Made by a program: the position numbers and the translations under genes. Shown in pieces: positions 44,993 through 58,518 of a DNA stretch of 64,000 bases. The notes below the pieces were generated by a model. That model saw nothing but the letters and a program-made list of their open reading frames with translations, was not told where the DNA came from and searched no databases. Position 1 is the first letter of the stretch; every line of letters starts with the position of its first letter. Source of the DNA: the human T2T-CHM13v2.0 reference genome, Homo sapiens; assembly GCF_009914755.1 (NCBI RefSeq), contig NC_060929.1; one strand, given 5' to 3'.

Positions 44993-46819
44993 CTATTATT
45001 GGGGAAGTGTTAGGATCCATTAAATGAGAGTGAAGACAGGTTTCCCAGCAGAAATGGTACATGCTCCACTCCCTGGTCTGAGGGGACCTCACAGGCACCC
45101 AGGAGGTTTCTAGAAAAGAGAGAACCTGGATGAGAACAGCTTAGGTCCCCCCAGAGGCAGCTGAACATAGCCACTCATGTCTCTGAGAGTAGGGTTCATT
45201 GCCGGGGCAGGAGTGGGGGTCCCTCTGCCCGCCATTTCAAGAACCTTCCCTTGGAGGCTCCAGGTGGCTCCTGGTGTGGCAGTGGGGCATGGAGTGTGGG
45301 GCACAGCTCGGTGTGGTGGCCAGGAGTTAGCTTTGTCCTTGAGCACTGGCTCCACAGCAGAAACAGCAATGATCATTAGTTTATTGAGCTCTTACTGCGT
45401 GGTATGCACTGTGCCCATCTCAGTTCATCAGCACTGTAATCCCAGGGAGTGAGTGCCCTTACTGTTGTCATTTTACAGATGGGAAAACTGAGGCTCAGGA
45501 AACTTAAGTCACTTCCCAGGCCTATACAAGAAACAAGTGGTGGGACTCAAACTCAGATTTCTGACTCTCCAACTTGTGCTCTTAGCTACCATGTTTTATT
45601 GACTCCTCTGGGCAAGTCTTTTAACGTCTTTTGGCCTCCATTTCCTCACCTGTAAGTGGGAATAATACCTTCTTGGCACACGAGCAGAGTCAGTTTTCCC
45701 ACCCATAACTCTTCCTGCCACCCCTCCCTCGGGGCGGTTGTCAGACACTGGTGTGGTGTGAGCTATCTTTCCCGCTAGGGTGGGGCCTCTCTGCTTGTGG
45801 GGGTGGGGTCTCCCAGCAGAGTCAGCCTGGGGCGTGCCTCTCTGCTTCTCCCTTTCGCAGCCTAGACCCCCCTCGCCTGCTATTCTGCACTCTGCCCTGG
45901 CAGCAAGAGAGGCAGCTGAGGGCTCCTGCCATCCAAGCCCTGCCAGGGAACAATGGGGCACGTTAAGAAGGCTGCCAAGTGCCAAGCCAGAGGTATTAAA
46001 GGGACATTTGATTAGTTTTAACTCTAATTGTCAGGCTTTTGCTTTCTTTTGTTCTCTGTAGCAGTTAAGGGCGAGGGGAAGCCCCGGTGTGAGTTTCCTC
46101 CCTCTGTGACTTGTATGGACTCTCTTTCACTTTGGGTGTATGACTCTTTCACCTGTCTCCTATTCTCAGGCCTCTCCCCTCTCTGTCTGTGTGTGTTTCT
46201 CTGTCTCTCCTTCCACCTCCCCCCGCAACCCCCATAGTCTCCGTGATGTGTGTCTCTCTCTTAGCAAATATGATGAGAAATGACACTAAAGAAGCCATAA
46301 GCCTACCACGGTGGAATCCACAATTTCAAGGAATTGTATCTTTTATCATATCCAGTCTCCCTCAACCTTATCCCTGCCAAATGGTTACCATCTTTGACTT
46401 GAACACCCCCAGTGATGGGGAACTCACCTCCTTTAGCTCAGCAGAGTCCTAGGTAGTCTGCCATGGCTCAGGGGTGACCTAAGAATTTCTTGAGTACCCT
46501 CTACCCATCCTTTCAGGTACCTCTGAAATCTTTTTCTTCCCAGAAAGCCTTCCCTGATCTTTCCAGTTAGAATTAGTCTGTCTCTTGGAAATGCCTACAA
46601 AACTTAATTTGTACAACTGTGGTGGCGTGAATGTTATAGTGCCATGTATTGCCATTTCCCTAGGTGGAGGAATGTATTGTTGAAGGAGGCTTCCTAGCAG
46701 GACACTCCCTTGGATGAGGCTCCAGCTGGGAAGAAGAGATCCCAGAGCTCTCTCTTGTGAGCCTGGGCTTCCTCCTCTTTCGAAAAGTTCCATTCCCAAA
46801 CTTGACCACTGTGTTTTAT

Positions 46820-47015
46820 GTGGTCTTTTAGTCCAGAGAATATTCCAGGTTTTTACAGGCCATACAGTCTCTGCCACAACTACTCAATCTGTCTTTGTAG
46901 TGTGAGGGTAGCCATAGACACTACTTAAACCAATGAGAGTGCTGTGTTCCAATAAAGCTTTATTTGCAAAAGCAGTCAGCAAGCTGGATTGCCAGGCCAT
47001 GGTTTGCTGACCCCT
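46820..47015. mobile_element. MER58A (hAT-Charlie)
   Basis: GGCCATACAGTCTCTGCCACAACTACTCAA...TGTGTTCCAATAAA...GTTTGCTGACCCCT. Confidence 0.8.
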
Positions 47016-47249
47016 TTCTAGTCTTTTCATGATGAAAGAGCCCTGGGTTTTGAGGCAGGAGCCTGACTCCTCAGGTAGGAGCCACCTTGAGTTGCTTTGT
47101 GACCCTAGTTGGGTCCCTGACTCAGCAGTGCTTCCGTCCTCTCCTATGTAAGCTGTGTTAATTGGGAGGACAAGTTCTAAGGATCCCTCCAGCTTTTGAT
47201 ACTCAGTGAGGCCCTGAATTCTCTGCTGGATCTGACTGCATCTCTGAAA

Positions 47250-47950
47250 CAGATTCCAAATCCACCTATTTTCTTCCCGCTTCCCACCAGCCTGTCACAT
47301 CTCACCTGGATTCCTGCCACAGCCTCCTGGCTCCTCTCCTACCTCCACCCTGAAATCATAGTCCATTCTTTATGCACAGCCCAAGTACACATTTGCAAGG
47401 GTAAATCAGAGGTTTCTGCCTCTTTCCTAAAACTCTTCAGTGGCTTCCACTGCTGCACTGAAACACAGCACAGACCCCTGTCTCGTCTGGCCCTGCTTAC
47501 CCTCTGGCTCACTGTGTCTCCTCCTCTCAGTCACAGCACAGCAGCTGCATTAGCCTTCTTACACATCCAGCATGGTCCTTCTGCAGGACCTTTGCATGTG
47601 GTCCTGCCTGTAATACTCTTCCCCAAGATTATAGAAGGACTGGTTCCTCCTCATCTTTTAGGTCTTGGCTCCAAAGTCACCTCCTCAGAGAGGGCTTCCG
47701 TGAACATACCATCTGAAGTACCTCTTTCCTACCCACTCTGCGACTTGATCAACTGTGAAATGTCCACATAGCAACTTAGCACTGTCTGGAGTCACCTTGC
47801 TTATTTATTTACTTGTTTATTTCTCTGCTCCAGTAGATACTAAACACCATGAGGGTAGGGACCTTGTGTGTCTTATTTACTGCTGTACCTTATAGTGCTG
47901 GCACGTGGCAGGTGCTCAAGAATATTTGTTGAATTAATGAATGAATGCAT
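47250..47950 (+). mobile_element. L2 3' region
   Basis: Ends GGTGCTCAAGAATATTTGTTGAATTAATGAATGAATG. Confidence 0.8.
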
Positions 47951-48500
47951 GCATACCTGTGTTCCCAGATACCCTACAGATAGGACTCTGACTTCTCCAT
48001 GTTTCTTCTCACCACTCCTCCGTGTTTCATTTGGACACCACTCTGTTCTTGGTGTTGTGGGAAATTGCACACTTTCACCCTAAGGGGCTGTGTTCTCATA
48101 GTGGGGGAAGAGACAGACTTCCTTCTCCCCTGTTGAGATCAGAAGGCCTCAAAAGTGTTAGCTCCCTAAGGCAACAGTCAAAGGACACCGTTTCTCTTGA
48201 GATCTTTTAATCAGAAGCAGCTCCTGTCCTCAGTCCACGTGGCTTCATTGGTGGTATCTCTGGATGAGGATCCATTTGGTTCTCTCCCTCCAGACAGTCT
48301 TTAGAATATGAAGTAAGTAGCTTGTCTGGGATTATATTTTCCCCCTGGTTCTTAGGAGGAAAATATAAGGGTGGACCCCTGCTTACTTGTTTTGTGAGGA
48401 GCATCCCTGCAGTCTAGAGGGAGCGTCTTAAGGAAGAGGGCTGCTGGTCGTGCCCCAGGCTTTCCCAAGGACTGCAGCTCCCAGTAAGTGGGTAAATGGG

Positions 48501-48955
48501 CTCATGGGTTGAATCATGTCTCTCAAAAAGATACGGCAAAGTCCTTACTCACGGCACCTCAGAATATGACCTAATTTGGAAATAGGTTTGTTGCAAATGT
48601 AACCAATCAAGATGATGTCATGCTGGAATAGGGTGGGCCCTTAATCCTCTGTGACTGACTGATATCCTTATAAGAAGAGGAGAAGAGATGCAGAGACAGA
48701 GAGGGAAGACGGCTGTGAAAAGCTGTAGACAGAGACTGGAGTGATGCTGCCCTAAGCCAGGGTACACCTGGGGCTACCAGAAGCTGGAAGAGGAGGAAGG
48801 AAGCATCTCCCCTAGAGGCTTTGGAGATAGGATAGCCCTGCCAGTACCTTGATTTTGAATTTCAAGCCTCCAGAACTGTGACGCAATAAATTTCTGTTGT
48901 TCAAAGCCACCCACTTTATGGTACTTTGTTATGGTAGCCCTTGGGAACTAATACA
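48501..48955 (+). mobile_element. MLT1B/C MaLR LTR
   Basis: ATGGGTTGAAT...TTTGGAAATAGG...CCTCCAGAACTGTGA...AATAAATTTCTGTTG...AACTAATACA. Confidence 0.85.
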
Positions 48956-51651
48956 TGGACCATTTTCCATTTTCTCATCAGATTGTGTTGTGTGTGTGTG
49001 TGTATGAGTGTGTCTGTATGTTATATTTGTAGGCAGATAGATAAAACACCTTTGCAAAGGCAAGGATAATTGTCTTAATCTCTTCTAGCTACTTACATTT
49101 CTTTTTAATTCATGGAAAAGATCCTCTCTTTCTGTGGAGGATTAGCATATTACACTGCACATATATATTCTTTAACTAAAGCCACTCTGCTTATTAAGAG
49201 ATCAACCTGTTAAAAAAAACCTGAGCCATTAGCCTTGAATCCCAGTGAATAAACACATGGTACATACTGCCTTTCACTTAACTGTATTATCCTTTTGTTC
49301 TGAGCTCAACAATTTATTTTTGTACTGGGTCCCCACTAAATTGATTTGGGGGATTACTATGTGATAGATACAAAAAACAGCCGCTGCCTTGAGAGAGCTC
49401 CTAGTCTAAAAAGGGACGCAGACAAGTTCACGGGGATGCAGTGCATCAGGCAGAGCATGACGAGTGTTGCAAGAGGAGATCAGCCAGTGCTGCGGGAAGC
49501 CAAGAGGAAGGGAGCAGCACCCTAGTTGTAATCAGGAAGGACTTCTGAAAGGTGCTGATTTTTAAGATGGTCCTGAAGAAGGTTAAAACTTTAGCAAAGT
49601 GTACATGGTGGGATTGGGGTCTCTCAGATGGCAGGAAGCGGGGAGCCTCTTTCAAGAACAGCAAAAGGCAGAGTCACTGAAACTTCACGTGTCTGTTAGA
49701 GAGTAGCTGGAAAAGTGGGTGAGGGCCAGGTCACAGGGTCCCTGATTGCTAGGCCAGGGAGGCTGGCCTGCAGGAGGCAAGGAAGCCATGGATAGTTTTT
49801 GAGCAGAGGATGACTTGATCAGGGCTAGGCCTCAGAAAGGTAACTACGGCAACGCAGGAGCCACAGGAGGCAGGGAAAGCAGTTTGGAGGCTATTGGGGT
49901 GGAGAGATTCATTCATCCACTGTGCCTTTCTGTGGTCCAGATGCTATGCTAGGTTCTGAGGCCACCAAGATGTGTAACGTGCAGCCTTTGAGCTTAAGGA
50001 ATCCATTACTACTGTTGCAGACTGTTTTTGCCAGGCACAGTGTTAAGCACTTTGCATACATTATCATCTTTGATCCTCACAGCAACCCAATAACATACTC
50101 ACTCTAATTATCCCCATTTTATGGATGAAGGCAGAACCAGCCTGGGACATGCGCAATATGCGTTCAAAAACTGCTGGATAAATGACATATTGAAGGAAGA
50201 AGAACTGCAGACCTAAATGCCAGCTACACAGCAGGCTGAGCCTTCCAGGTCAGGTCCTGTGCCTGGAGTGCCCTGGCCCCTCGAGAGCTGTCCTGGGAGC
50301 ACCTCTGCCTTATCTGGTCTGGTTGCAGGGAGGTTGCAGGTTCATCAGGGAGATGAAATGTTTCACTCAAGGTCACACAGCTGGTCACTGGTAGGGCTGT
50401 GACTGGCCTACAGAGTCCTGGGCCTTAACCACTTCTCTGGGCTCCACATACTAAACAGGTCAAGTCAGAGTACAGTGAGATCTTTCTTGGTAGCTGTAGG
50501 TACAGGGTTCTATGTGAGCACATAGGAGAGCCAGTGGACCCGGACGGGCAGGGCGGGTAAGCAGAAAAGGCTCCCTGAAGGAGGGAATCCTGACCTAAGT
50601 CTTTTACGGGGAGTGGGATGGTTTAGCCAGACAGGGAAATGGCTGGGCAGGGGGTGGGTAGTGAAGGGATTCCAGGTAGAGGAGATAGCACAGTCAAAAG
50701 TCCAGAGTTGGGAAAACAGCATAGGGTGTGCAGGGTCTCCTAAGCTCATTATTCCTGGCCCCAGGAGTGGGGCTGGGAGAGGCTAAAACACAGTTAGGGC
50801 CAGGTCATGAGCTACACTCCATCCTCAGTTCCCAGGAGCGTGAAGGGTGTTGGGCAGAGAAGTTGGGTGACCAGATTTGCTTTCGTATGGGTCCTGGAGT
50901 TCAATAGTTGAAAGAGATCGGGAGGCCATGTTGTCAACCACTGTCAGATGTTTGCAACCAGACCAGACAAGGCAGAGGTGCTCCCAGGACAGCTCTCGAG
51001 GGGCCAGGGCACTCCAGGCACAGGTCCTGACCTGGAAGGCTCAGCCTGCTGTGTAGCTGGCATTTAGGTCTGCAGTTCTTCATTCAATATGTCATTTATC
51101 CAGCAGTTTTTGACTGAACACTGCACATGCCCCAGGCTGGTTCTCTGCTAAGCACTTGACATTCTAAGAGAAAAGGACATGGTCTCGGCCCTTGAGGACC
51201 AGGTGGCCCATTAGACAGATAATTCCAGGGCAGTGGGATGCATGCCATAGGTGGAGTGAGCACAGGCCTGAGAGCACAGTGAAGGATTCACGTTAGCCTT
51301 CACGCTGGCTTCCTGGCCGCCACCTCTACCTGCCCCTCCCACTCACCTCAGGCTTATAAAGCCATGGATTTGCCTAGGATTGAATCCCAGCTCTGCCCTT
51401 TACTAGCTGTGTGACTTCGAGAAATTTCCTTAATCTTTTATTTTCTCTCTCTCATTTCTTACATTTTAAAATGAGCCTGATAATAGTACCTACTTCACAA
51501 GTTAGTTATCAGGATTAAAGGAATTCACATACACAAAACACTTGGAATAGTGCCCGGCATTTAAAAAGTGGTACATAGATACCCTTAGGATTACAGGTCT
51601 GGAATCTCTTAGCCCAAACCCTGTGTATTAGGCATATTTTAGCATTTAGAA

Positions 51652-52394
51652 TTATTAGTCAAGGTTCAGTCAGGACAGAGAAACCACACAGTGATTTGAA
51701 CACAGGAAGTTTAATATAAAGAATTATTTACTGTAACAGGAGATTAGAGCGATGAAAATTGGCTATTAAGAAGTGAAAAGCACTCTAAAGAATATAGGAA
51801 TGGCAGATAGAGGAACAGCTCCTACCCCCAGTGTTGAGTTAACAGCACCCAAGGAAGAGGCCCCCGTAAGCTGAGATCCTGACTTTGTTGGAGAGGGCAC
51901 AGCTATGCTTACTGAGTGGTAGAGAGTCACTAGAGTGCCACCCCAGCAAAGTTCACAGGAAATCTGCCTGCTAGGGTGCTGGAGGAAGAAACACATGGTG
52001 AGGTATCTCATGGAAGACATTCTGCTACAAAACCACCCAAGGGAATGGGTGCTGGGAGAAGCTATTGGTCGCTGGATGCCGGTGATTGCTGCACACCGCA
52101 GGAGCTAGGCAATGGAGAAGCTACGCGTACTGCAGGAGCTAGACATGGAGAGGCCATGCACGCTGCAGGAGGCTAGTGCCAGAGACGCCACCCGTGCTGC
52201 CTGCCTACTGAACACACCAGAACCAGGGTGAAAAAAGCCTTTCCTTCTGCAGTGTCTCTCCAGCATCTTCTACTAACCACTGTTAACATCATGTTAGCTG
52301 GCAAGGGAAACACGTTTAAGGGCCCAGAACCATTTTTGCATAGCAGGCAGTGAAGGTGGGTTTGGGGCTGAGAGGCAATAAATTAATAACTGAC
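51652..52394. mobile_element. ERVL-class LTR (LTR41-like)
   Basis: TATTAGTCAAGGTTCAGTCAGGACAGAGAAACCACAC...TTTAATATAAAGAATT terminus. Confidence 0.55.
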
Positions 52395-52762
52395 TGTCTC
52401 AGTGAGTTTGGGCTGCTGCAACAGAATACTATGGACTGTGTGGCTTAAACAAGAAACATTTATTGCTCACAGTTCTGGAGGCTGGAAATCGAAGATCAGG
52501 GTGCCACCATGGTCAGGTTCTTGCGGAGGGCTCTCTTCCTGGTTTATAGACAGTGACTTTCCTGCTGTGTCCTCATGTGGCAGAGAGCAGAAAGAGAGCA
52601 AGCACTCATGTCTCTATTTACAAGGGCACTAATCCCATTCACGATGGCTCCACCTTCATGACCTAATTACCTTCCAAAGGCCCCATCTTGTAATACCGTC
52701 ACCTTGGGGGTTAGGATTTCAACATAGGAGTTTTGGGGTCATGTAACAGTCAGTCTCTAACA
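52395..52762 (-). mobile_element. MLT1A-like MaLR LTR
   Basis: TGTCTCAGT...CTCACAGTTCTGGAGGCTGG...CTAACA; TSD CTGAC/CTGGC. Confidence 0.85.
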
Positions 52763-53330
52763 CTGGCAGAAGAGTCTTTCTGATTTAGGAATGTTAGTAA
52801 AGTGCATGTGTTATTATGTAATAGCTCTAGTGGGGTTTACAGTGCTCCCCATAATCAAACACATTTTTTTTTTCTGCCACAAAAATGTATTCACAGTAAG
52901 AGAATAAATCAAGACTATAAATAGCCTCATGTCTATTCAAGTCAGGCTTTGTCACTAAATGAGTTATTTTTTTAAAGTTATTTAAAAAGCCTGTTTGGAC
53001 TTTGGAATTGAGGCTAAGGGATGGTTGACCTGCATCATTTTCATTTCCTCTCTCCATGCAGCAGTCAGAGTTATCTTTTGGAAATGTAAATTATGCCACT
53101 GGGAAAGCCTAAGTGGCTTCCTGTTCCAGGATAAAGACTAAACTCCACCCCTGGCCCCCTACCCACACTGTGCCCTCACCCACCTCTGCCCTCCAACGAC
53201 TCTGATCTCCAACAAGCCATGTGTCCTTCTGCAACAGAGCCTTGGCACATGTCACTCTCATTACATGGAGCACTCTTCCAGTTACCTACCGTGCACACAA
53301 GTGCATGCACACAGGCACACATGCACTTGC

Positions 53331-53348
53331 ATGCACACACACATGCAT

Positions 53349-53380
<32 letters not shown>

Positions 53381-53394
53381 GCTTGGCTAATTCT
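53331..53394. repeat. (CA)n microsatellite, imperfect at the 5' side
   Basis: Seen directly. Confidence 0.93.
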
Positions 53395-53679
53395 GCCTCA
53401 CCCTTCTAATGGCAGCTCAGGTGTCCCTATTCCAAGAGAACTTTCTGACCCCCTTCTACCCCAACCCTCAGCCCACTCAGGCATTAAAGCATATGTGTTA
53501 GTTTGTGATTATACAGACTTACAATAAGTGTGATTATTTGATTAACATGTCTCTCTATTAAACTGTAAGTGTTATAGGACAGTGGCTGTATCCGTTTTCC
53601 CCCCAACTATTTTATTCCCAGTGCTCTACGCAGTGCCTGGCATGTGACATATTTGATGAGTGAAAAAAGGAATAAACCA

Positions 53680-54065
53680 TCTTGGATTAGATCCTGAACC
53701 AGAAAAAAATAAATTAGACATAAAGGACATTATTGGAACAACTGGCAAAATTTGAATATGAACTGTAGATTAGATAATAGTATTTTATCAGTGTGAAGTT
53801 TCTTGATTTTGTTGTCTGTATTCTTAGAAAATGCACACTGAAGAATTTAGGAATAAAGGGTTATCATGTCTTCAACTTTCTCACAAATGGCTTAGAAAAA
53901 AATTGTAGATACAGGTAGATGGGGGAGAGGGAGAGAGAGTGATAAAACAGATGTGGAGAATGATAACAGCCAATGTGGATAAAGGATATACAGGATCCTC
54001 TGTACCAGCCTTGCATCTTTCCTATTAGTTTGAAATTATTTTACAATAAAAAGTTTTTTAAAAAA
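53680..54065 (+). mobile_element. L1MC4/ME-like 3' end
   Basis: GGATTAGATCCTGAACCAGAAAA...AAATTTGAATATG...AATAAAAAGTT. Confidence 0.75.
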
Positions 54066-54499
54066 TGAATAAAAATGAATAAATGAGGAAAGGGATGCCA
54101 GGAGGAGGAGGACCCCTCAGGTATAAAGGCAGGAGGGCAGGAAAGGGCTTGGTCCCTTTGGGGAACTTGCAGGTAGGCTGTGTGGTTGGAGGGTGGCCCT
54201 GGGGCTGGGGAGGGAAGAGCAGGGGATGGAGCTGGAGCCCCCACTATGGACTCTCTGGAGGGAGTGCAGTATTGAACTGTTCAGTCAACGTTCATCTACA
54301 CTTTCCCCTCTCTTTTTCCCTTGGTGATTTTTGACCAAAAGTCTGATTGCATGAAGCCAGTGTGTCTCAGGTCTTCCATCTGATTTCTCTTTTGTCTTAA
54401 CAATAGAGAAAATCTCATCCATGTATGCAGGTTACTCCTTCTGCTGTGAAACTGTGACTTTCCTGTTGTCTGCTTGCTGTTAAACTCACCATGCATTTC

Positions 54500-55015
54500 C
54501 CGTTTTGGTTATATAGTGCTGCATAACAAAATGTGGTAGCGTAACACAACAAACATTTGTTATCTTAAAGTTTCTGTGGGTCAGAAATTTGGGCTTAGCT
54601 GGGTGGTGGTGGTACAGTGTCTCTCATGAGGTCGCTATCAAGATGTTGGCCAGTCCTGCAGGCATCTAAAGTCTCAACCGGAGCCGGTTAATCTACTTCC
54701 AAGATGGCTCACTCCCTTGGCAGCCGGAAGGAGACCGCAGTTCCTCAACACAAGACCTCTTCATGAGTAAGCTTGAGTGTCCCTGAAGCATGGCAGCTCA
54801 CTTTCCCCAGAGCACACCATCCAAGAGACGGGGAGAGAGCAAGCAGGAAGCCACAGTCCTTCTAGGACCTGGTCTCCAAAGCTATATATCATGATGGACA
54901 TTTTATCCTATTAGAAGTGAGTCATGAAGTTCAGCCTATGTGCAAAAAAGAATTCAACTCCACTTCTTGGAGGGAGGAATGTGGAAGAAGTTATGGACAT
55001 TTTAAATCACCATAG
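54500..55015 (-). mobile_element. MLT1F/H-like MaLR LTR
   Basis: TGCTGCATAACAAA...TCTGTGGGTCAG...CTTCCAAGATGGCTCACTC. Confidence 0.7.
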
Positions 55016-55647
55016 TTCCTGAAAGCCTTTTGCTTCTGGAGGGCCAGTGTCTGCCCTCCAGAAGTTTACATCATCTGTTGAAGGAAGTAAGACATGCTCT
55101 GAAATTGCTCATAAAAACCAAGATGTCCCATGAGAGATGGCTTGACAGGGTTCTGAGGAAGCAGAAATCAGAATAGATGGTAGCAAAGGAGAGCTCTTGG
55201 AAGGAACTGACACTGCCTTCATGGATGAGCAGCTTTCCCCTTGGTTCTTAACCCTGATTATTGATGTTGTCATACAATGGTAATGAATAATAATGATAGC
55301 ATTTGAACATTTCTACCATGACAGGCACTGCGCCAGGCAGGACTGCCTTGTAGCACATCTATGTGTATAAATAACATCCTTGGAATTGTGCAGTGGGACC
55401 ATACTGATGCTAAATATTAATACTTCACTTACGTTACTTCATTTAATGCTTTGAACTACCTTGTGGAGTTGCTGTCATCCCCATTTCACATTTTCGTCTG
55501 ATTTCTCTGTTTGTCTTAACAACAGAGATTAATTCACAGATTACAAACATAAGGCTTAGAAAAAATTAAGTAACTTAAGCACGATGGCACAGCTTGTAAG
55601 TGAGTGAGTTACAGCTTGTAAGTGAGTGGTTAAGATCACAGGCTCCA

Positions 55648-55945
<298 letters not shown>

Positions 55946-56559
55946 TCACAGGCTCCAGAGTCAGACCTATGGGTTTAAATTTCAACGCTTCTACTTTAGA
56001 GCTTTGAGCAGGTGACTTTAACCTCTCTGTGCCTCAGTTTCCTAATCTGTAATATGCATATAAAACTATTCAATGTTCTCAGCACAGTGCCTGGCATGTG
56101 ATGAGCATTAGGTGCTATTGCTACTATTATCAGCTCACAGTCAAACACAGCTATGCTCTCCTTGAGTTCTTTGCATTGGTTTGTTATAAAGAGTTGAGAT
56201 GAGAGAAGTAAGTGGTAACTACAGCTACCACTCTTCATTTGTAGGGATTAATAATTTGAAAGGAAAAACAACCTCTCCAGGCCGAACATTCCTACAGGTC
56301 TTAAATGACACATTCTGGCCATTCCCAGTTTCTCTCTGTTTTATGTCCATGAGGATATCAATGCTTTGAGGGATGCCTGGCCATTCCCCTCTCTGTATAG
56401 GCACACATAGTGGCTAAGCTGGGTTTCAGGAAGCTGAACTTGAGTTGACATCTTTCTTTGGAAATGCTTTCCCTCTTGAGGGGCAAGGGACACTGGCTTG
56501 GATATAAATCAGGATATCACAGGATATCAGTCATTCAGGATACAAGTCTATGCCGTGGG

Positions 56560-56840
56560 GTTATTTTTTTTTCCCTTACTGTGTGGCCCAGACTGAAGTG
56601 CAGTGATCATAGCTCACTGCACCCTCAAACTCTTGGGCTCAAGTGATCTTCCTGCTTCAACACCCCCGGTTGCTGGGACTATAGGCAGGTGCCACCATGC
56701 TGGCTAGTTTTTGTACTTTTTGTAGCGACAGGGATCTTGCTATGTTGCCCAGGCTGGTCTCAAGACTCCTGGCCTCAAGTGATCCTCCTGTCCTGGCCTC
56801 CCAAAATGTTAGGATTACAGGCACGAACCATGTGCACAGC
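56560..56840 (-). mobile_element. Diverged AluJ
   Basis: ATCATAGCTCACTGC...GGGCTCAAGTGATC...TATGTTGCCCAGGCTGGTCTC. Confidence 0.88.
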
Positions 56841-58160
56841 CTGTATTGTGTATGCTAGAGCCAATTACTAAATCTTTCTGGGCCCCAAGGGTCTCTTTTG
56901 CAAGAAGGACATAGCAACTTCTCCCTTCCAGAGTTCTCCATCAGAAAGAGGATTGAGAGGGTATGTTATAGAAACTGTTCAACTCTAGTGCAAGGTTTTA
57001 GGAGTCTTCGTTTCCTTCCAGTTATTTGAGAAATGTGGCTTCTTCAAGCAACTGGAATACTGAAAGCCTTTTTGATGGGAATCACTCCTCCCTAACCACT
57101 TCCACCCACACCTTCTTTGGTAAAACATTTTTGAGAAAAATTGGTTTTGATCTGAATTCTGAGGACCAAAACAGCCTCCAAAAATCAAGCACAAAAAAAA
57201 AAATCAGCCTCCAAAATAAAAAACCAGGTGGTTCTCCTATTGAAAATTCAAACCTGATAACCAACCAGAGGGACTTATCTTTTAGAATTAATCTTTTTTC
57301 CATCTTTAATGAATTGGCATTTGTCTGCTCTGCCGGTTCATTGTGGAATTCAGCCTCATGTTTCATTGTGATCTCAGAAGCAGCGAGCACTCATCACCGG
57401 TGGGAATGATAGAGCCTAATTTGGAAAAAGGAGAAAAAAAACCCCAAACCTCCTCCCTTTCATTTCCTCACTTTAGACTAAAATGCTTCCTTTTTTAAAC
57501 TTAAAAAAGGGACTAATTTTTTTCTTTTCAAAATTGGTTCAGATATGCATGAACCATTTTTTAAAAAATTATTGCACAACTCAGTATATTCATTACACAC
57601 CGAGGTTATGAGTAAGTCTTCCCTGAATCATCTTGTGGTACAAAGTGACGGGAAGGGATTCAGTCAGCTACCTGTACAGGAGGCTCATTCTGTTTCTCTC
57701 CTCCATTTTCTCATTATGAAACTGTACTTTTCAGAAGACAAAAAGGGGAGAAGATAAGGGAAGAGGAGGAGGAAAATGTCAGAGGGAAACCTAGAGCTGT
57801 CAGCAATTACTGCTTTCCAACTGCCTAACCTCAGAGCAATTACTTAAACTCAGAGCCCCTGCCCCACTTCTGAAATGGGGATAATAACAGTAATGGCTAT
57901 GTTGCAGGGCTGTGGCAATGATTAACTGAGAAAATACCCATGGGAAACATGCTTTGTAAATTCCATTATACTATTGTTGGTACTGAGATATGACTGCATA
58001 TATGTATAACTTGTGTGATTCTTAAAAATTAATTTTAAAAGGGTTGCCTTTATTTTTAGAAACAGAGTTTGAGTTGGAAGGGAACGTTAGGAATCATTCA
58101 GTACGACGTGTCACCCTGGAGAGAAGTCCTCTCTATAGTTGCCTTCAAAGGTGTTATCTA

Positions 58161-58518
<358 letters not shown>

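Larger units (their letters stand above)
51593..53035. mobile_element. MER46C/Tigger-type DNA element interrupted by nested LTRs
   Basis: TACAGGTC...AATC.CTTAG left end; ATAATCAAACACATT...AAGACTATAAATAGCCTCA...TAAGGGAT...GACCTG right end. Confidence 0.6.

Noticed and set aside
47196-47771. 191-aa ORF
   Set aside because: Lies in a decayed L2, TTG start, no intact RT motifs
57172-57216. CAGCCTCCAAAA repeated at 33-bp period
   Set aside because: Short and A-rich; a trivial slippage product
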